Assembly (NCBI GenBank): GCA_965223155.1
Contig: CBDCVR010000014.1
Coordinates: 288,001-352,000 of the forward strand
Direction of reading: 5' to 3'
DNA: 64,000 nucleotides
DNA from: Candidatus Multivoradales bacterium
GTDB lineage: Bacteria; Acidobacteriota; Thermoanaerobaculia; Multivoradales; JAHEKO01
Below are positions 10,578 to 20,191 of this stretch, piece after piece. A model generated the notes under the pieces. That model was not told where the DNA came from. It searched no databases and saw only the letters and a program-made list of their open reading frames with translations. Made by a program: the position numbers and the translations under genes. Each line of letters begins with the position of its first letter. The first letter of the stretch is position 1.

Positions 10578-10865
10578 CTACCGCATTCTCCGGCTCTGCC
10601 CTCTCAAGAAAGCAAAGATTTCCTGCCACGCTTCTTTACCCGCGCCCGGATTCCGTCCAACGCTCATGCCACCACCGATCGATAGGACCTCCGGGCCCTC
10701 GGTGAAGTCGAACCCGTGCCGAGCGCCGGCATACCGCCGCACCCGGACATCGGCACCGTCAGGCAGTTGGTGCAGGATCCGGTCGCAGCTCTCGGGAGGA
10801 GTGATGTCGCCGGTCTCGCCCAGGAGCGTCAGCACCGGGAGCGGCGAGACCCATGCATCGCGAGT
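10578..10865 (-). pseudogene. C-terminal fragment of a dienelactone hydrolase (paralog of 19189-20028)
   Basis: PVLTLLGETGDITPPESCDRIL...YAGARHGFDFTEGPEVLSIGGGMSVGRNP is near-identical to the full copy; the nucleophile region is absent. Confidence 0.85.
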
Positions 10866-11178
10866 CATGAGCTTGCCTATCCGCCATTTCTTTGAAGAAC
10901 GGGGACCAGAGCTCCTCACGCCGAGCTGGCGCTTGCCACGGATGCTCGGAGACGGTCCGGCCGGCTCTTGGGCCAACCCGTTGACCAGTGTCTAGGGCAG
11001 GTAAGCGCTCGGCGCGCACGCCGTTCGCGAGTCGCGGACCGAACCAGGCCCGTTCGAGCGCCGGTCAGCCGGACTGGCGCCGCGACTGACGCCACGGGCA
11101 TCGCGGCACCGCACCCGACAGAGACAGGTATCCTGCCGCCGTAGCTCTTCTGATCAGCGATTCCGCCATACTAGAAAG

Positions 11179-13155
11179 ATGGAGACCGTAGAGTTCCTCT
11201 CGGAAGCGGTTGCTGTCCTCGCCGCCGCCGTCACGGTGGTGCTGCTCTCCGCCCGGCTGCGCATCCCTCCTGTGGTCGGCTTCCTGATCAGCGGTGTCCT
11301 CATCGGTCCCTCGGGTCTGGCCCTCGTGCCGGAGACCCATGAGGTCGAGGTCTTCGCCGAGATCGGAGTTGTGTTGCTCCTGTTCGTCATCGGGCTCCAG
11401 CTCAGCTCGACCGAGATGCGAACCCTGGGCCGCTCGTTTCTGATTGGCGGCACCCTCCAGTGGGCGCTTACTACCGGGCTCACCATGGGGATCGTCATCG
11501 GCTTCGGGCTGCCACCGGCCAACGCCCTCTTCATCGGCTTCGTGCTCAGCCTGTCGAGTACCGCGGTCGTCCTCAAGGAGTACCAGGAGCGGCGCGAGAC
11601 GACGACGCCTCAGGGCCGGGTGGTACTGGGCGTGCTCCTCTTCCAGGACCTGCTGATCGTGCCGATGATTGCCCTGACCCCGGTCCTGGCGGGCTCCATC
11701 GAGGCTTCCGCCTCGAGCTTGGCCCTGCGCTTCGGCGGCGGGCTGGCAGCGGTGGCTCTGGTCTTCTTCGCCGGCCGCGTCTTGATACGGCGGCTGACGC
11801 GGATGATCGCCGGCACCCGGGTCCGCGAGCTCTTCGTTCTCGGAGCGCTGACCACCTGCCTCGCCATGGCCTGGTTCACGGCGCGTCTCGAGTTCTCCCT
11901 GGCCCTGGGCGCGTTCCTTGCCGGAGTGCTGGTCGCCGAGACCGAGTACAGCCACCAGGTGATCGCCGACATCGGTCCGTTCCGCGATCTGTTCGCCAGC
12001 GTCTTTTTCGTTTCCATCGGCATGCTGGTCGATCTGCGCTTCGCATTGGCCAGCCTGCCGCTTCTCGTCGGCCTGGCCTTGCTGCTCGCCCTTGGCAAGG
12101 CCCTGGTAGCGGTGATGGCGCTCAAGCTCGCCGGCTTTACGATGCGCATCGCCCTCATCTGCGGCATCGGCCTGGCACAGATCGGCGAGTTCTCCTTCGT
12201 CCTCATGGAGGTCGGCCGGGCCAATGGCCTATTGCAGGGGGAGCGGTTTCAGATTCTCCTGGTTGCGGCGGTCCTGACCGTCGCCATGACACCCGTTCTG
12301 GTGCGCGCCGCGCCAGTGGTGAGCGCGCGGGTCGCCGCGCTGGCGGGCCTGCCGAGCCGCGACAAGGACGCGAGCAGCGACCAGGCGTCCTCGGCCCACG
12401 TGGTGGTGGTCGGATACGGCATGAACGGCAGCCTGCTCGCCCGGATCCTGGGAGAGACCCACATCCCGCATCTGGTGGTGGAGCTCGACCCGGAAGCGGA
12501 GCGCCGCGCCCGCGGCGAGGGCGTGCCGGTGCTGTTTGGCGACGCGGCGCAGAAAGAGATCCTGGAGCGGGCCGGGGTCGAACAGGCAAAGATGATCGTC
12601 TTCGCCATCTCCGATTTCACCGCCGTCAGTCGCGCGCTGAAGGCAGTTCGAGAGCTCTCGCCGAACGTCGAGATCCTGGTCCGCACGAGCAAGTTCCGGG
12701 AGATCGAGGCTCTCCGCGCGGCCGGCGCGAATCAGGTCGTGGCCGAGGAGTTCGAGTCGGCGATCGAGATCTTCACGCGCGTGCTGACCGCATACCACGT
12801 ACCGCGTAACGTGATCCGCGCCGAGACACGAGTCCTGCGCGGCGAGGCGTACGAGACGCTACGGAGCGCCCCCCTGGGCCAGGCCTTCGAAGCCGCCCTC
12901 GAGGCTCTAGAGGCCGGAACCACCGACATCTACCGCATCGCGTCTGGAGGTCGCGCGGCCGACCGTACTCTGGGAGAGCTCGACCTGCGGCGGCAGACTG
13001 GGGCCGGCGTCATCGCCGTGGTTCGCGGTGAGCAGTCGCATCCGAATCCGCCTTCCGACCTACGCTTGGAGGCCGGCGACTGTCTGGTCCTGGTGGGCGC
13101 CCACGAAGAGATCGATCGTGCCTTCCAGTTTCTCGACCTGACCGAGATCGCCTGA
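11179..13155 (+). CDS. CPA2 monovalent cation/H+ antiporter (KefB/KefC-like) with TrkA-N and TrkA-C domains
   Basis: LSSTAVV, LLFQD, LAQIGEFSFVL, VVVVGYG, C-terminal RCK_C. Confidence 0.93.
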   Translation: METVEFLSEAVAVLAAAVTVVLLSARLRIPPVVGFLISGVLIGPSGLALVPETHEVEVFAEIGVVLLLFVIGLQLSSTEMRTLGRSFLIGGTLQWALTTGLTMGIVIGFGLPPANALFIGFVLSLSSTAVVLKEYQERRETTTPQGRVVLGVLLFQDLLIVPMIALTPVLAGSIEASASSLALRFGGGLAAVALVFFAGRVLIRRLTRMIAGTRVRELFVLGALTTCLAMAWFTARLEFSLALGAFLAGVLVAETEYSHQVIADIGPFRDLFASVFFVSIGMLVDLRFALASLPLLVGLALLLALGKALVAVMALKLAGFTMRIALICGIGLAQIGEFSFVLMEVGRANGLLQGERFQILLVAAVLTVAMTPVLVRAAPVVSARVAALAGLPSRDKDASSDQASSAHVVVVGYGMNGSLLARILGETHIPHLVVELDPEAERRARGEGVPVLFGDAAQKEILERAGVEQAKMIVFAISDFTAVSRALKAVRELSPNVEILVRTSKFREIEALRAAGANQVVAEEFESAIEIFTRVLTAYHVPRNVIRAETRVLRGEAYETLRSAPLGQAFEAALEALEAGTTDIYRIASGGRAADRTLGELDLRRQTGAGVIAVVRGEQSHPNPPSDLRLEAGDCLVLVGAHEEIDRAFQFLDLTEIA

Positions 13156-13534
13156 GCCACAAGCCGGCTAGAGGCTCGCGCTGCCGGCGCCCTCGGCTTC
13201 ATGGCCCGAATCCTCATCCAGGCCACTCTCCCCCACAGCCGGGCCCGAAGCACCCGAATCCCGCACGAGTTCGAGCGCGTCAACGGCCGCTTCACCCTCT
13301 ACCTCAACGCACTGCCGTCGGTGGGACTGCCCGGCGGCTCCTACCCGCGGCTCACGTTTGCTTGGCTTTCGACCGAAGCGGTGCGGACCCGAAGCCGCGA
13401 GCTCGAGCTCGCTCCCACCTTCTCGAGCTTCATGTACAAGCTCGGGCTGACGCCGATCACGGGCAAGCGGGGTACGACGTCCCGCCTCCGAGATCAGCTC
13501 CACCGACTCTTTTCCGCCACGATCCGCTGCAGCT

Positions 13535-13594
13535 GGGGAAGCGGTGACTGGGTGGGAGGGCGGACGGGAGGGACTCCCTGTCACCGGTTTCCTG
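13535..13594 (+). repeat. Hairpin element H1a in repA copy 1
   Basis: GGAAGCGGTGACTGGG...CCCTGTCACCGGTTTCC arms; loop GGGTGGGAGGGCGGACGGGAGGG. Confidence 0.8.
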
Positions 13595-13658
13595 CGCTGG
13601 CATCGGCTACACCATCGCTCACAAGCACCAGCTTTGGTGGTCGCCCCGAGATCCGGAG

Positions 13659-13720
13659 CGGGAATTCGGGGACTGGCTCGAGAGGGGGCCAGGGAGGACG
13701 TGCCTGTCCCCGAATTCCCG
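13659..13720 (+). repeat. Hairpin element H1b in repA copy 1
   Basis: CGGGAATTCGGGGACTGGC...GCCTGTCCCCGAATTCCCG arms. Confidence 0.85.
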
Positions 13721-13781
13721 GCCGCAGCTCACGGCCGATAGGCATTGCGGGCCGGCCGCAGCGCGATCGCAAATCCGAGAA

Positions 13782-13985
13782 ACTTTTCACCGCAAAGTAC
13801 TTGACATCGAACAATTTCAGGCGCTACGCTCCCTCCATGCCGCGCGCGAGACCGATTGCCTCCGTAGACCGCTTCGGCATCGACATACCGGTTCCGAGCG
13901 GCTCTCTCCTGGAGTCCGGTGGCGAGACATTGTTCCAGGCGAGCCGCGGCGAGTTTTTTTGCCTACTTACTTTGCAATGCAAAGT
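13782..13985 (+). promoter_or_regulatory. Sigma70-like promoter with two operator palindromes upstream of the creD-like gene
   Basis: TTGACA (13801-13806) N18 TACGCT; perfect ACTTTGCA-A-TGCAAAGT (13969-13985) and degenerate ACTTTTCACCGCAAAGT (13782-13798). Confidence 0.55.
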
Positions 13986-14194
13986 CTACGGCAGTCGGAA
14001 TCTCCGTTCGCACCCACCCCTAGAAGGGCCACCATCGCTCAACCGCTCGGCGCGGCCTTCCCCGGCCCATCCATATCGCCGCGGAACGAATGCAGTGCGG
14101 GGAAAAGTCCCGGTCGCACCGGATCGCGGCATCGCCGCGCCCGGCTTCTGTCTCTTCTCTGCTTCTTCACCACCCATTCCCCGGAGCTAACGCC

Positions 14195-15448
14195 ATGACC
14201 GTTCGACACCTCCTCGCCATCTCGATGATCTTCTGCCTTGCCGCGCTCGCCTGGTTCCTGCTCGGCGCTTCCGTGCACTCGCGCACGCGCGAGTCGAGGG
14301 CCGCCGGCACCGGCGACGTCTCGCAACTGTGGGGCGACAAACATGTGCAGCTTGCGCCGAGGCTTTACTCCCTCCGGGAGCGCACCGTCTCCGGCGCGGG
14401 GCCCCTCGGAGATGAGCACAACGGACCGCAAACGCAGCAAGAACGGGTCATCACCGAACGGATCCCGATTCCCCCGGACCACAGCCGCGTGGCGGTCGAC
14501 CTGGCCGTCGACCACCGCAAGCGCGGACTTCTCTGGTTTGACACCTATACGGTCTCGTTTACCGGGAAGTACACGGCGCAGGTCCCCGATGACCCTCAGG
14601 GCCCCCTGTACGCGGGCTTCTCCTTGCCCTCGACCGCGGCGATCTACGACGACTTCTCACTCCAGATCAACGGCGTCGAAACCGCGCTCGATCCAGGCCT
14701 CTCCCACGAGTTGCGCGCTCAACTCAACGCTCAACCGGGACAGAAGGTGATGATCGACGTCCGCTACCGTTCCCGCGGACTCGATACTTGGCGCTACCGC
14801 TTTGCCGACGCAGACGTGGCCCAGGTGCGGGACTTCGAGCTCTCGATGTCGACCGACTTTGCAGCGATCGACTTTCCTCCCGACACCCTCTCGCCGACCG
14901 AAAGCAGCCGCGACGGTGACGGCTGGCGGCTGGCCTGGCGCTTTGAGAATCTGGTTAGCGGCAAGGGGATCGGCATGGATCTCCCAAACCGCATGAATCC
15001 CGGCCCGCTGGTCGGACGAATGACCTTCTTTGCCCCGGTTTCGCTTCTATTCTTCTTCACTGTGCTGGTCATGCTCGGCGCGCTCTCACTCCTGAGGCTC
15101 CACCCGATGCACTACTTCTTCCTGGCCGCCGCCTTCTTTGCCTTTCACCTGCTGATGGCGTACCTCGCCGACCATCTGAGCATCCATTCGGCATTCCTCC
15201 TCTCCGCCGCGGTGAGTCTCGCTCTCGTCTTGAGCTACCTGCGACTCGTCTGCGGCGTGCGCTCGGCGCTGCTGTACGCCGGAACCGCGCAGCTCGTCTA
15301 CCTCTTTCTCTTTAGCTACGCCTTCTTCTTCTCCGGATTCACCGGCTTGGCGATCACGGTTGGAGCGATCCTCACCCTCTTCGTACTGATGCAACTCACC
15401 GGACGACTTGATTGGGACGGCGTCTTCGCCGGGCAGAGGCCAACCTGA
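14195..15448 (+). CDS. Inner membrane CreD-family protein
   Basis: N-terminal TM, RKRGLLWF, LHPMHYFFLAAAFFAFHLLMAYL, C-terminal LMQLTGRLDW. Confidence 0.8.
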   Translation: MTVRHLLAISMIFCLAALAWFLLGASVHSRTRESRAAGTGDVSQLWGDKHVQLAPRLYSLRERTVSGAGPLGDEHNGPQTQQERVITERIPIPPDHSRVAVDLAVDHRKRGLLWFDTYTVSFTGKYTAQVPDDPQGPLYAGFSLPSTAAIYDDFSLQINGVETALDPGLSHELRAQLNAQPGQKVMIDVRYRSRGLDTWRYRFADADVAQVRDFELSMSTDFAAIDFPPDTLSPTESSRDGDGWRLAWRFENLVSGKGIGMDLPNRMNPGPLVGRMTFFAPVSLLFFFTVLVMLGALSLLRLHPMHYFFLAAAFFAFHLLMAYLADHLSIHSAFLLSAAVSLALVLSYLRLVCGVRSALLYAGTAQLVYLFLFSYAFFFSGFTGLAITVGAILTLFVLMQLTGRLDWDGVFAGQRPT

Positions 15449-15601
15449 GGCCAGCCCCCGTGCCCTGGCCCGTGGTCTCCAGCGAAGATGCGGTGGAAGA
15501 TGCGGTGACAGATGAGATGAGTCGGTCGGTCTCCAGCTGGGACACTGTGCCAGTTGGAGATAACCAAGAATCGGCATCAGAGCCGAGAAAGGAGACCGAC
15601 C

Positions 15602-16615
15602 ATGGAGTATCTTGGCATCGATGTTCACTCGAAGTACAGCGAGGTGTGTGGCGTATCAGAAGACGGTGAGGTGACGGTTCGCCGGCGGGTTCCGACGACC
15701 GAGACGGGCCTGCGAAGGTTCTTCGCCAATCGGGAACGCTCGCAGGTGACGCTCGAGAGCGGTCCGGTCACACCCTGGGTCTATCGACTGCTGTCTGAGC
15801 TCGGCCATGAGGTGATGGTGGTCAATCCACGCCGGGTACGTCTGATCGCGGAATCGACCCTGAAGACGGACGGAATCGACGCCGAGATCCTGGCTCGTTT
15901 GAGCCGGTTGGATCTGGGTTTGCTTCGACCAGTCTACCAGCGCACAGGTGAGGCCCAAGAGCTTCGGACGCGTCTTCGGGTCCGAACGAGTCTGGTGAAG
16001 ACCAGGACCTCGCTGATCAACTCCGTACGCGGAACGCTGCGGGCACAGGGCTACCGAGTGCCCTCATGTCCGGCGAAGAGCTTCGTGGCTCGGTACGCGT
16101 CGATGTCGGTCGAAGCCGGCCTGTTGGGAGCGCTCGAACCTCTGGTAACGACAATCGGCGAGCTGACCGATCGGATCCACCATCTCGAAGACGACCTCAT
16201 CTCCGAGTCGAGATCAAACGAGCTGGTCCGTCGGCTGCAGACGGTTCCTGGTGTGGGGCCTCTGGTGAGCCTTGCGTTCGTCGGCTGGATGGATCGTCCG
16301 GATCGGTTCGAGAAAAGCCGCGACGTCGGAGCGTGTCTGGGCTTGAGACCGTCGCTTCGCAGCTCAGGAGGGCATGAGGTCAGGGGCCGGATCACTCGCG
16401 AGGGCGACTCGGAGATGCGCAGACTCTTGGTGCAGGCAGCTCATGCGGCGTTGAACTGTCGCAAAGAGTCGTCACTCAAGAGATGGGCTGAGGGCCTGGT
16501 CGAGAGGCTGGGTAAGGGCAAGGCCGTGGTCGCGCTAGCTAGGAAGATCGCGGTGTTGCTCCACAGGCTGTGGGTGACAGGTGAGAGCTTCCGAGCCTTT
16601 CCCAAGGCAGCGTAG
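15602..16615 (+). CDS. IS110-family DEDD recombinase/transposase
   Basis: YLGIDVH, VTLES, KTDGIDAEILARL, TVPGVG, GLRPSLRSSGG (catalytic Ser), KAVVALARK. Confidence 0.96.
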   Translation: MEYLGIDVHSKYSEVCGVSEDGEVTVRRRVPTTETGLRRFFANRERSQVTLESGPVTPWVYRLLSELGHEVMVVNPRRVRLIAESTLKTDGIDAEILARLSRLDLGLLRPVYQRTGEAQELRTRLRVRTSLVKTRTSLINSVRGTLRAQGYRVPSCPAKSFVARYASMSVEAGLLGALEPLVTTIGELTDRIHHLEDDLISESRSNELVRRLQTVPGVGPLVSLAFVGWMDRPDRFEKSRDVGACLGLRPSLRSSGGHEVRGRITREGDSEMRRLLVQAAHAALNCRKESSLKRWAEGLVERLGKGKAVVALARKIAVLLHRLWVTGESFRAFPKAA

Positions 16616-16649
16616 AAGAGATAACTAGACGACCAACAAGCAAGGACGG

Positions 16650-16800
16650 ATTGAGAGGTTCGATGACTCCGAAAGTATCCTTGGTGGCCCCGACACCGTG
16701 TGACAGATGGGAGCATCGATTCCTAAACGGACGCAAAACTCACCATGCACCGGTTCAAAGAAGAACCCTACAGAGTGCGAATAGAAGCTCGTCCCAAGCC
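16650..16800 (+). ncRNA. Bridge/seek RNA of the IS1111-type element
   Basis: Two stem-internal-loop-stem modules. The first loop carries AGTATCCTT (reverse complement of right flank 16871-16879) and GTGACAG (equal to left flank plus core, 15505-15511). Confidence 0.8.
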
Positions 16801-16965
16801 TCGATCCAAACCTAAGGAAAACTACAAAAAGAAGAAACGAAACTCTTGACGCCAACCGACCGACTCATAGAAGGATACTCATCCTGCCAACGCCCACAGC
16901 CGTTGCTCCCTCCCTCATCCTGCCTCGTCATCGGGCTCCCTGGAGGCCGTTTCAGGACTCCGAGT

Positions 16966-19005
16966 TCAGCCGCCCGATCCGGTCAGACTCTCGTAGGGCG
17001 CGGTCAAGAAAAACTCCAGCGCGGCTTCCGCAAATGGATCGCTTGGACCGTCCCGCACCACACGGATCAGATCCGAGATGGCGTCGAAGGGACGATCCTC
17101 GAGTGCGGCTCCAACGGCCCGGCAAGGCCAGCTAGCTCCAGAGACCGCGTCCGCTTCCTCCTCCGGCGGCTGCCTGAGGATCGCCACCGCTCCGGCGCGG
17201 TCGCCAGCAGCAAGCCGGTCCAGTGCCGAGGAGCACGCGGTCGGCACCTCCGGAGACGACGCCGAGGATTCCGGGCGGGAGCGCAGACGCGCCAAGACCC
17301 CGGCCGGGTCCGTCTCGGGCCAGAGCTGGGCGAGCTCCCGATCGAATTCGAAGAAGCGAAATACGATGGGCCCTTCGAAGAGCTCGGTGCGCGGCACTGG
17401 TCTGCTGTGGTACCTGGCGTAGAGACCGTAGTTCGTCGCCCAGCTTTCGCCGGCGTCGCTTCGCCCCCAGGGATACCCAAGAAACGACCGCAGAGGATAG
17501 GCAAATCGGTCCGGGCTCGGACCGTACCGAAGCCCCACGGAACGCGGCCGGTAGAAGAGCCGAAAGCGCGGATCGCCGGCGAGCTGCCAGTCACCAGGGT
17601 ATTCGGGCTCGAAGGCGCCCGCCGAGTTGTACCAGAGGATGATGTCCGGCCGGCGGTCCAGAACGTAGCGACCGTGGCCACGACGGTGGCCGGAAGCGGC
17701 TCGGGCGTCGTAGGACCCGTGATGGGCGATCACGGCGTCGGTAAGGCCCAGCATGTCGAGGGTCGGAAGCTTCGAAAAATACGGAATGGCACCTGCCGTG
17801 TTGAGTGCGACGAGAGTGTCGGCTGGCTGGCTCGCAGCCAGCCAGCGGCCGACCCGTTCCCCCACTACCGTTAGCCGATCGCCGCTGAAAACCGCGTCGG
17901 CGTCGTAGGCGAGAGCGCTCGCCGCGGCCGACACCACTCCTAGAACCGCAAAGGCGGGCCCTACTCGCGCGGCCCTGGTCCCAACCACCCAGGCGTCGAC
18001 AATCCAGGTTGCAACGACCGCCAGTAGCGGAAGGATCGGAACGTAGAACCGATGAAGCGGCATATCGTCGCCGCCTATCAGGATCGTGTAGGCGACCCAG
18101 CCCGCGGCGGTGGCGCTCACTTCGAGAACTGGGATCCTGGCACCAGCGGGCCCCGGCACCCTGAACCGGCGGAGTCCGAGCACCAGACCCGCGGGTACAG
18201 CGAGCGCGAGCACCGGATGTGCCAGCAGCCAGGCTCCCAGGCCCGATAGCCCATGGAGCCACTCGGAAGCCTCGCCCTCGACCTTGGCGTAGAACGTGTT
18301 CGGAAACGGTCTCCCGTAGTAGCCCATCCGCCACCAGAAGAAGAGCCCAAAGGGAACGGCAAACGACAGGAGCGCTGGGAAATATCTCCGCAGCCCGGCG
18401 CCGGGCTGGCGCACCGCCAAATCCATTCCGGCGAAAGCCAGAATCGAGAGTCCGAAGACCAAAAGACCTTCCGGGCGGGTCATGGCGAGCACAGCGAAGG
18501 TCAGACCGGCAGCCACAATCGCAGCACGACTCCGGGAAGCGAGCAAGAAAACTCCCGTCGCCGTCAGGGCGGTGAAGAGCATCGTCTCCATCGGAACCAC
18601 CGACCAATAGGCGAAGCCGTGAAGCGGCAAGAGCAGCGTCAGCGGCAAAAACCTTCGCCAACCCCGGGTGTCCTCGTCGCCCGTCCCCGCCAGGAGCGAG
18701 GCAACGAAGACAGTCCAGATCGCGGCTCCGAGGGACAAGACCTTGAGCACCAGCACAGGATCCAGTCCCATCCGAATCGCTCCAGCGGCCAGTGCCACGA
18801 GCAGAAAGTTCGTGTAGCCCTCGACGACCTCGCCGGCATTGAACACCACACCGTTCCCCTCGACCCAGTTCTGGGCGTAGCGCAAGCTGATGAAGACGTC
18901 ATCGAGGACGTAGCCGAAGAAGCCGACGGCATATACGGCGAAGAAGACCGTGGCCAGGCCCGCGACAACCCAAACGCCCACGGCTACTCTCGACTCGGAT
19001 TGCAT
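16966..19005 (-). CDS. GT-C-type multi-TM glycosyltransferase (AftB-like)
   Basis: [57 protein letters not shown]. Confidence 0.8.
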   Translation of the reverse strand: MQSESRVAVGVWVVAGLATVFFAVYAVGFFGYVLDDVFISLRYAQNWVEGNGVVFNAGEVVEGYTNFLLVALAAGAIRMGLDPVLVLKVLSLGAAIWTVFVASLLAGTGDEDTRGWRRFLPLTLLLPLHGFAYWSVVPMETMLFTALTATGVFLLASRSRAAIVAAGLTFAVLAMTRPEGLLVFGLSILAFAGMDLAVRQPGAGLRRYFPALLSFAVPFGLFFWWRMGYYGRPFPNTFYAKVEGEASEWLHGLSGLGAWLLAHPVLALAVPAGLVLGLRRFRVPGPAGARIPVLEVSATAAGWVAYTILIGGDDMPLHRFYVPILPLLAVVATWIVDAWVVGTRAARVGPAFAVLGVVSAAASALAYDADAVFSGDRLTVVGERVGRWLAASQPADTLVALNTAGAIPYFSKLPTLDMLGLTDAVIAHHGSYDARAASGHRRGHGRYVLDRRPDIILWYNSAGAFEPEYPGDWQLAGDPRFRLFYRPRSVGLRYGPSPDRFAYPLRSFLGYPWGRSDAGESWATNYGLYARYHSRPVPRTELFEGPIVFRFFEFDRELAQLWPETDPAGVLARLRSRPESSASSPEVPTACSSALDRLAAGDRAGAVAILRQPPEEEADAVSGASWPCRAVGAALEDRPFDAISDLIRVVRDGPSDPFAEAALEFFLTAPYESLTGSGG

Positions 19006-19188
19006 CGCCCGCGAGCTTACAGGGACGCGCCTGTGCCTAGGAGCCGGTTTGTCGACCAGGACGAGACGCCTCCCGGCCCGACAAAGCGACGGATTCTCGA
19101 TTCGGTTCGATCAAGCGAACTCGCAGCGAACAGGAAGCCTGGTGAAGAGGCCTCCCGGCGCTGTTCACGAACGTCCGAATCGAGCCGA

Positions 19189-20028
19189 TCACGGCATGGG
19201 CGGCTGGGTGCGAGTCTCGGGGAGGGACGCCCGATCAGCACTCAGGAAGGCGAGGAGCTCCTCCCAAGCCAGCTTCCCGGCAGCCGGGTTGCGGCCAACG
19301 GTCATGCCCCCACCGATCGACAGGACCGCCGGCCCCTCCGTGAAGTCAAACCCATGCCGAGCGTCGGCATAGCGCCGCACCTCGACTCTGGCCTCGTCGG
19401 GCAGTTCGGCAAGAATCCGGTCACAGCTTTCGGGTGGCGTGACGTCGTCGGCCTCGCCGAGGAGCACCAGCACCGGGATAGCCGAGAACCATGGTCCGCG
19501 TGAGCCACACGCCGGATAGACGGCTACCGCTCCGGCCACGGCTGGGGCTTGCGCTCCCAGACCCTGCAGCCAGGCCAGGACTCCCGCTCCTCCGTGGGAC
19601 CAGCCAACGACGTAAAGCTTCGAGAGATCCACCTGAGAAAGCGTCGCGGCGAACTCCAAGGACGCGGCGATGTATTCGCCCACTCGCTCGTGCGAGATCT
19701 CACCGCTGCATGTGTTGGCAACCCCCTCGGCGGTCAAGTAGTCGATCAAGACAACGCCGAGACCGCTCTCGCGCAAACGCTCGGCCATGCGCGCGTAGTG
19801 TCGCCGAAAAAGCCGGTCGGCCTCGTCGCCCGGACGGCCCTCGTCGGTGGCCGGCCCCTGCAAAGAGACCCCACTGCAGCCCGGAATCGCCACGATGGTC
19901 GCAAACGGACCGTAACCCTCGGGGAACAAGGTGCGGTGATTGGCAGCAACATCGTCCGAAGTCGGCTGCGCCACCGCTGCGGCCGCGATCAGCACCAGAA
20001 GACCAAGACTTGCCCTCACGACCTTCAT
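19189..20028 (-). CDS. Secreted dienelactone hydrolase-family alpha/beta hydrolase
   Basis: Signal peptide, GWSHGG nucleophile elbow, GEADD, HGFD. Confidence 0.88.
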   Translation of the reverse strand: MKVVRASLGLLVLIAAAAVAQPTSDDVAANHRTLFPEGYGPFATIVAIPGCSGVSLQGPATDEGRPGDEADRLFRRHYARMAERLRESGLGVVLIDYLTAEGVANTCSGEISHERVGEYIAASLEFAATLSQVDLSKLYVVGWSHGGAGVLAWLQGLGAQAPAVAGAVAVYPACGSRGPWFSAIPVLVLLGEADDVTPPESCDRILAELPDEARVEVRRYADARHGFDFTEGPAVLSIGGGMTVGRNPAAGKLAWEELLAFLSADRASLPETRTQPPMP

Positions 20029-20191
20029 GTCCTGACTCCTACCACGATGGAGGCAAAGCAGCGCGGCCACGAGCGCTGGGGTCCTTGAGGTAACCAATGG
20101 GCGATCCATCTGCGAGCCTCCTCGTCTGGTCAGTCAGGTGGCGATCCTCGAGCGTGGCGTTCCTCCTGCAGAACCCTTGTTGCGTTGTCCG

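Larger units (their letters stand above)
13168..13730 (+). pseudogene. repA: Plasmid-type RepA (RepA_C / IncW-like) pseudogene, copy 1
   Basis: GALGFMARILIQATLPHS...GLPGGSYPRL...RLRDQLHRLFS, then HKHQLWWSPRDP in a shifted frame. Interrupted by two hairpin elements and truncated. Confidence 0.85.
15510..16870 (+). mobile_element. IS110-family insertion sequence, IS1111 group
   Basis: Sub-terminal 14-bp IRs ATGAGTCGGTCGGT (15517-15530) and ACCGACCGACTCAT (16855-16868); AG core at both ends; ~250-bp downstream non-coding region; outward TTGACG -35 at 16846. Confidence 0.9.

Noticed and set aside
13201-14190. 329-aa ORF as an intact RepA
   Set aside because: RepA similarity stops at the first hairpin; the rest is out-of-frame read-through across a promoter region.
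15484-15507. 12-bp tandem repeat GAAGATGCGGTG x2 beside the IS
   Set aside because: Both copies lie on one side, so it is not a target-site duplication; IS110 elements do not make one.
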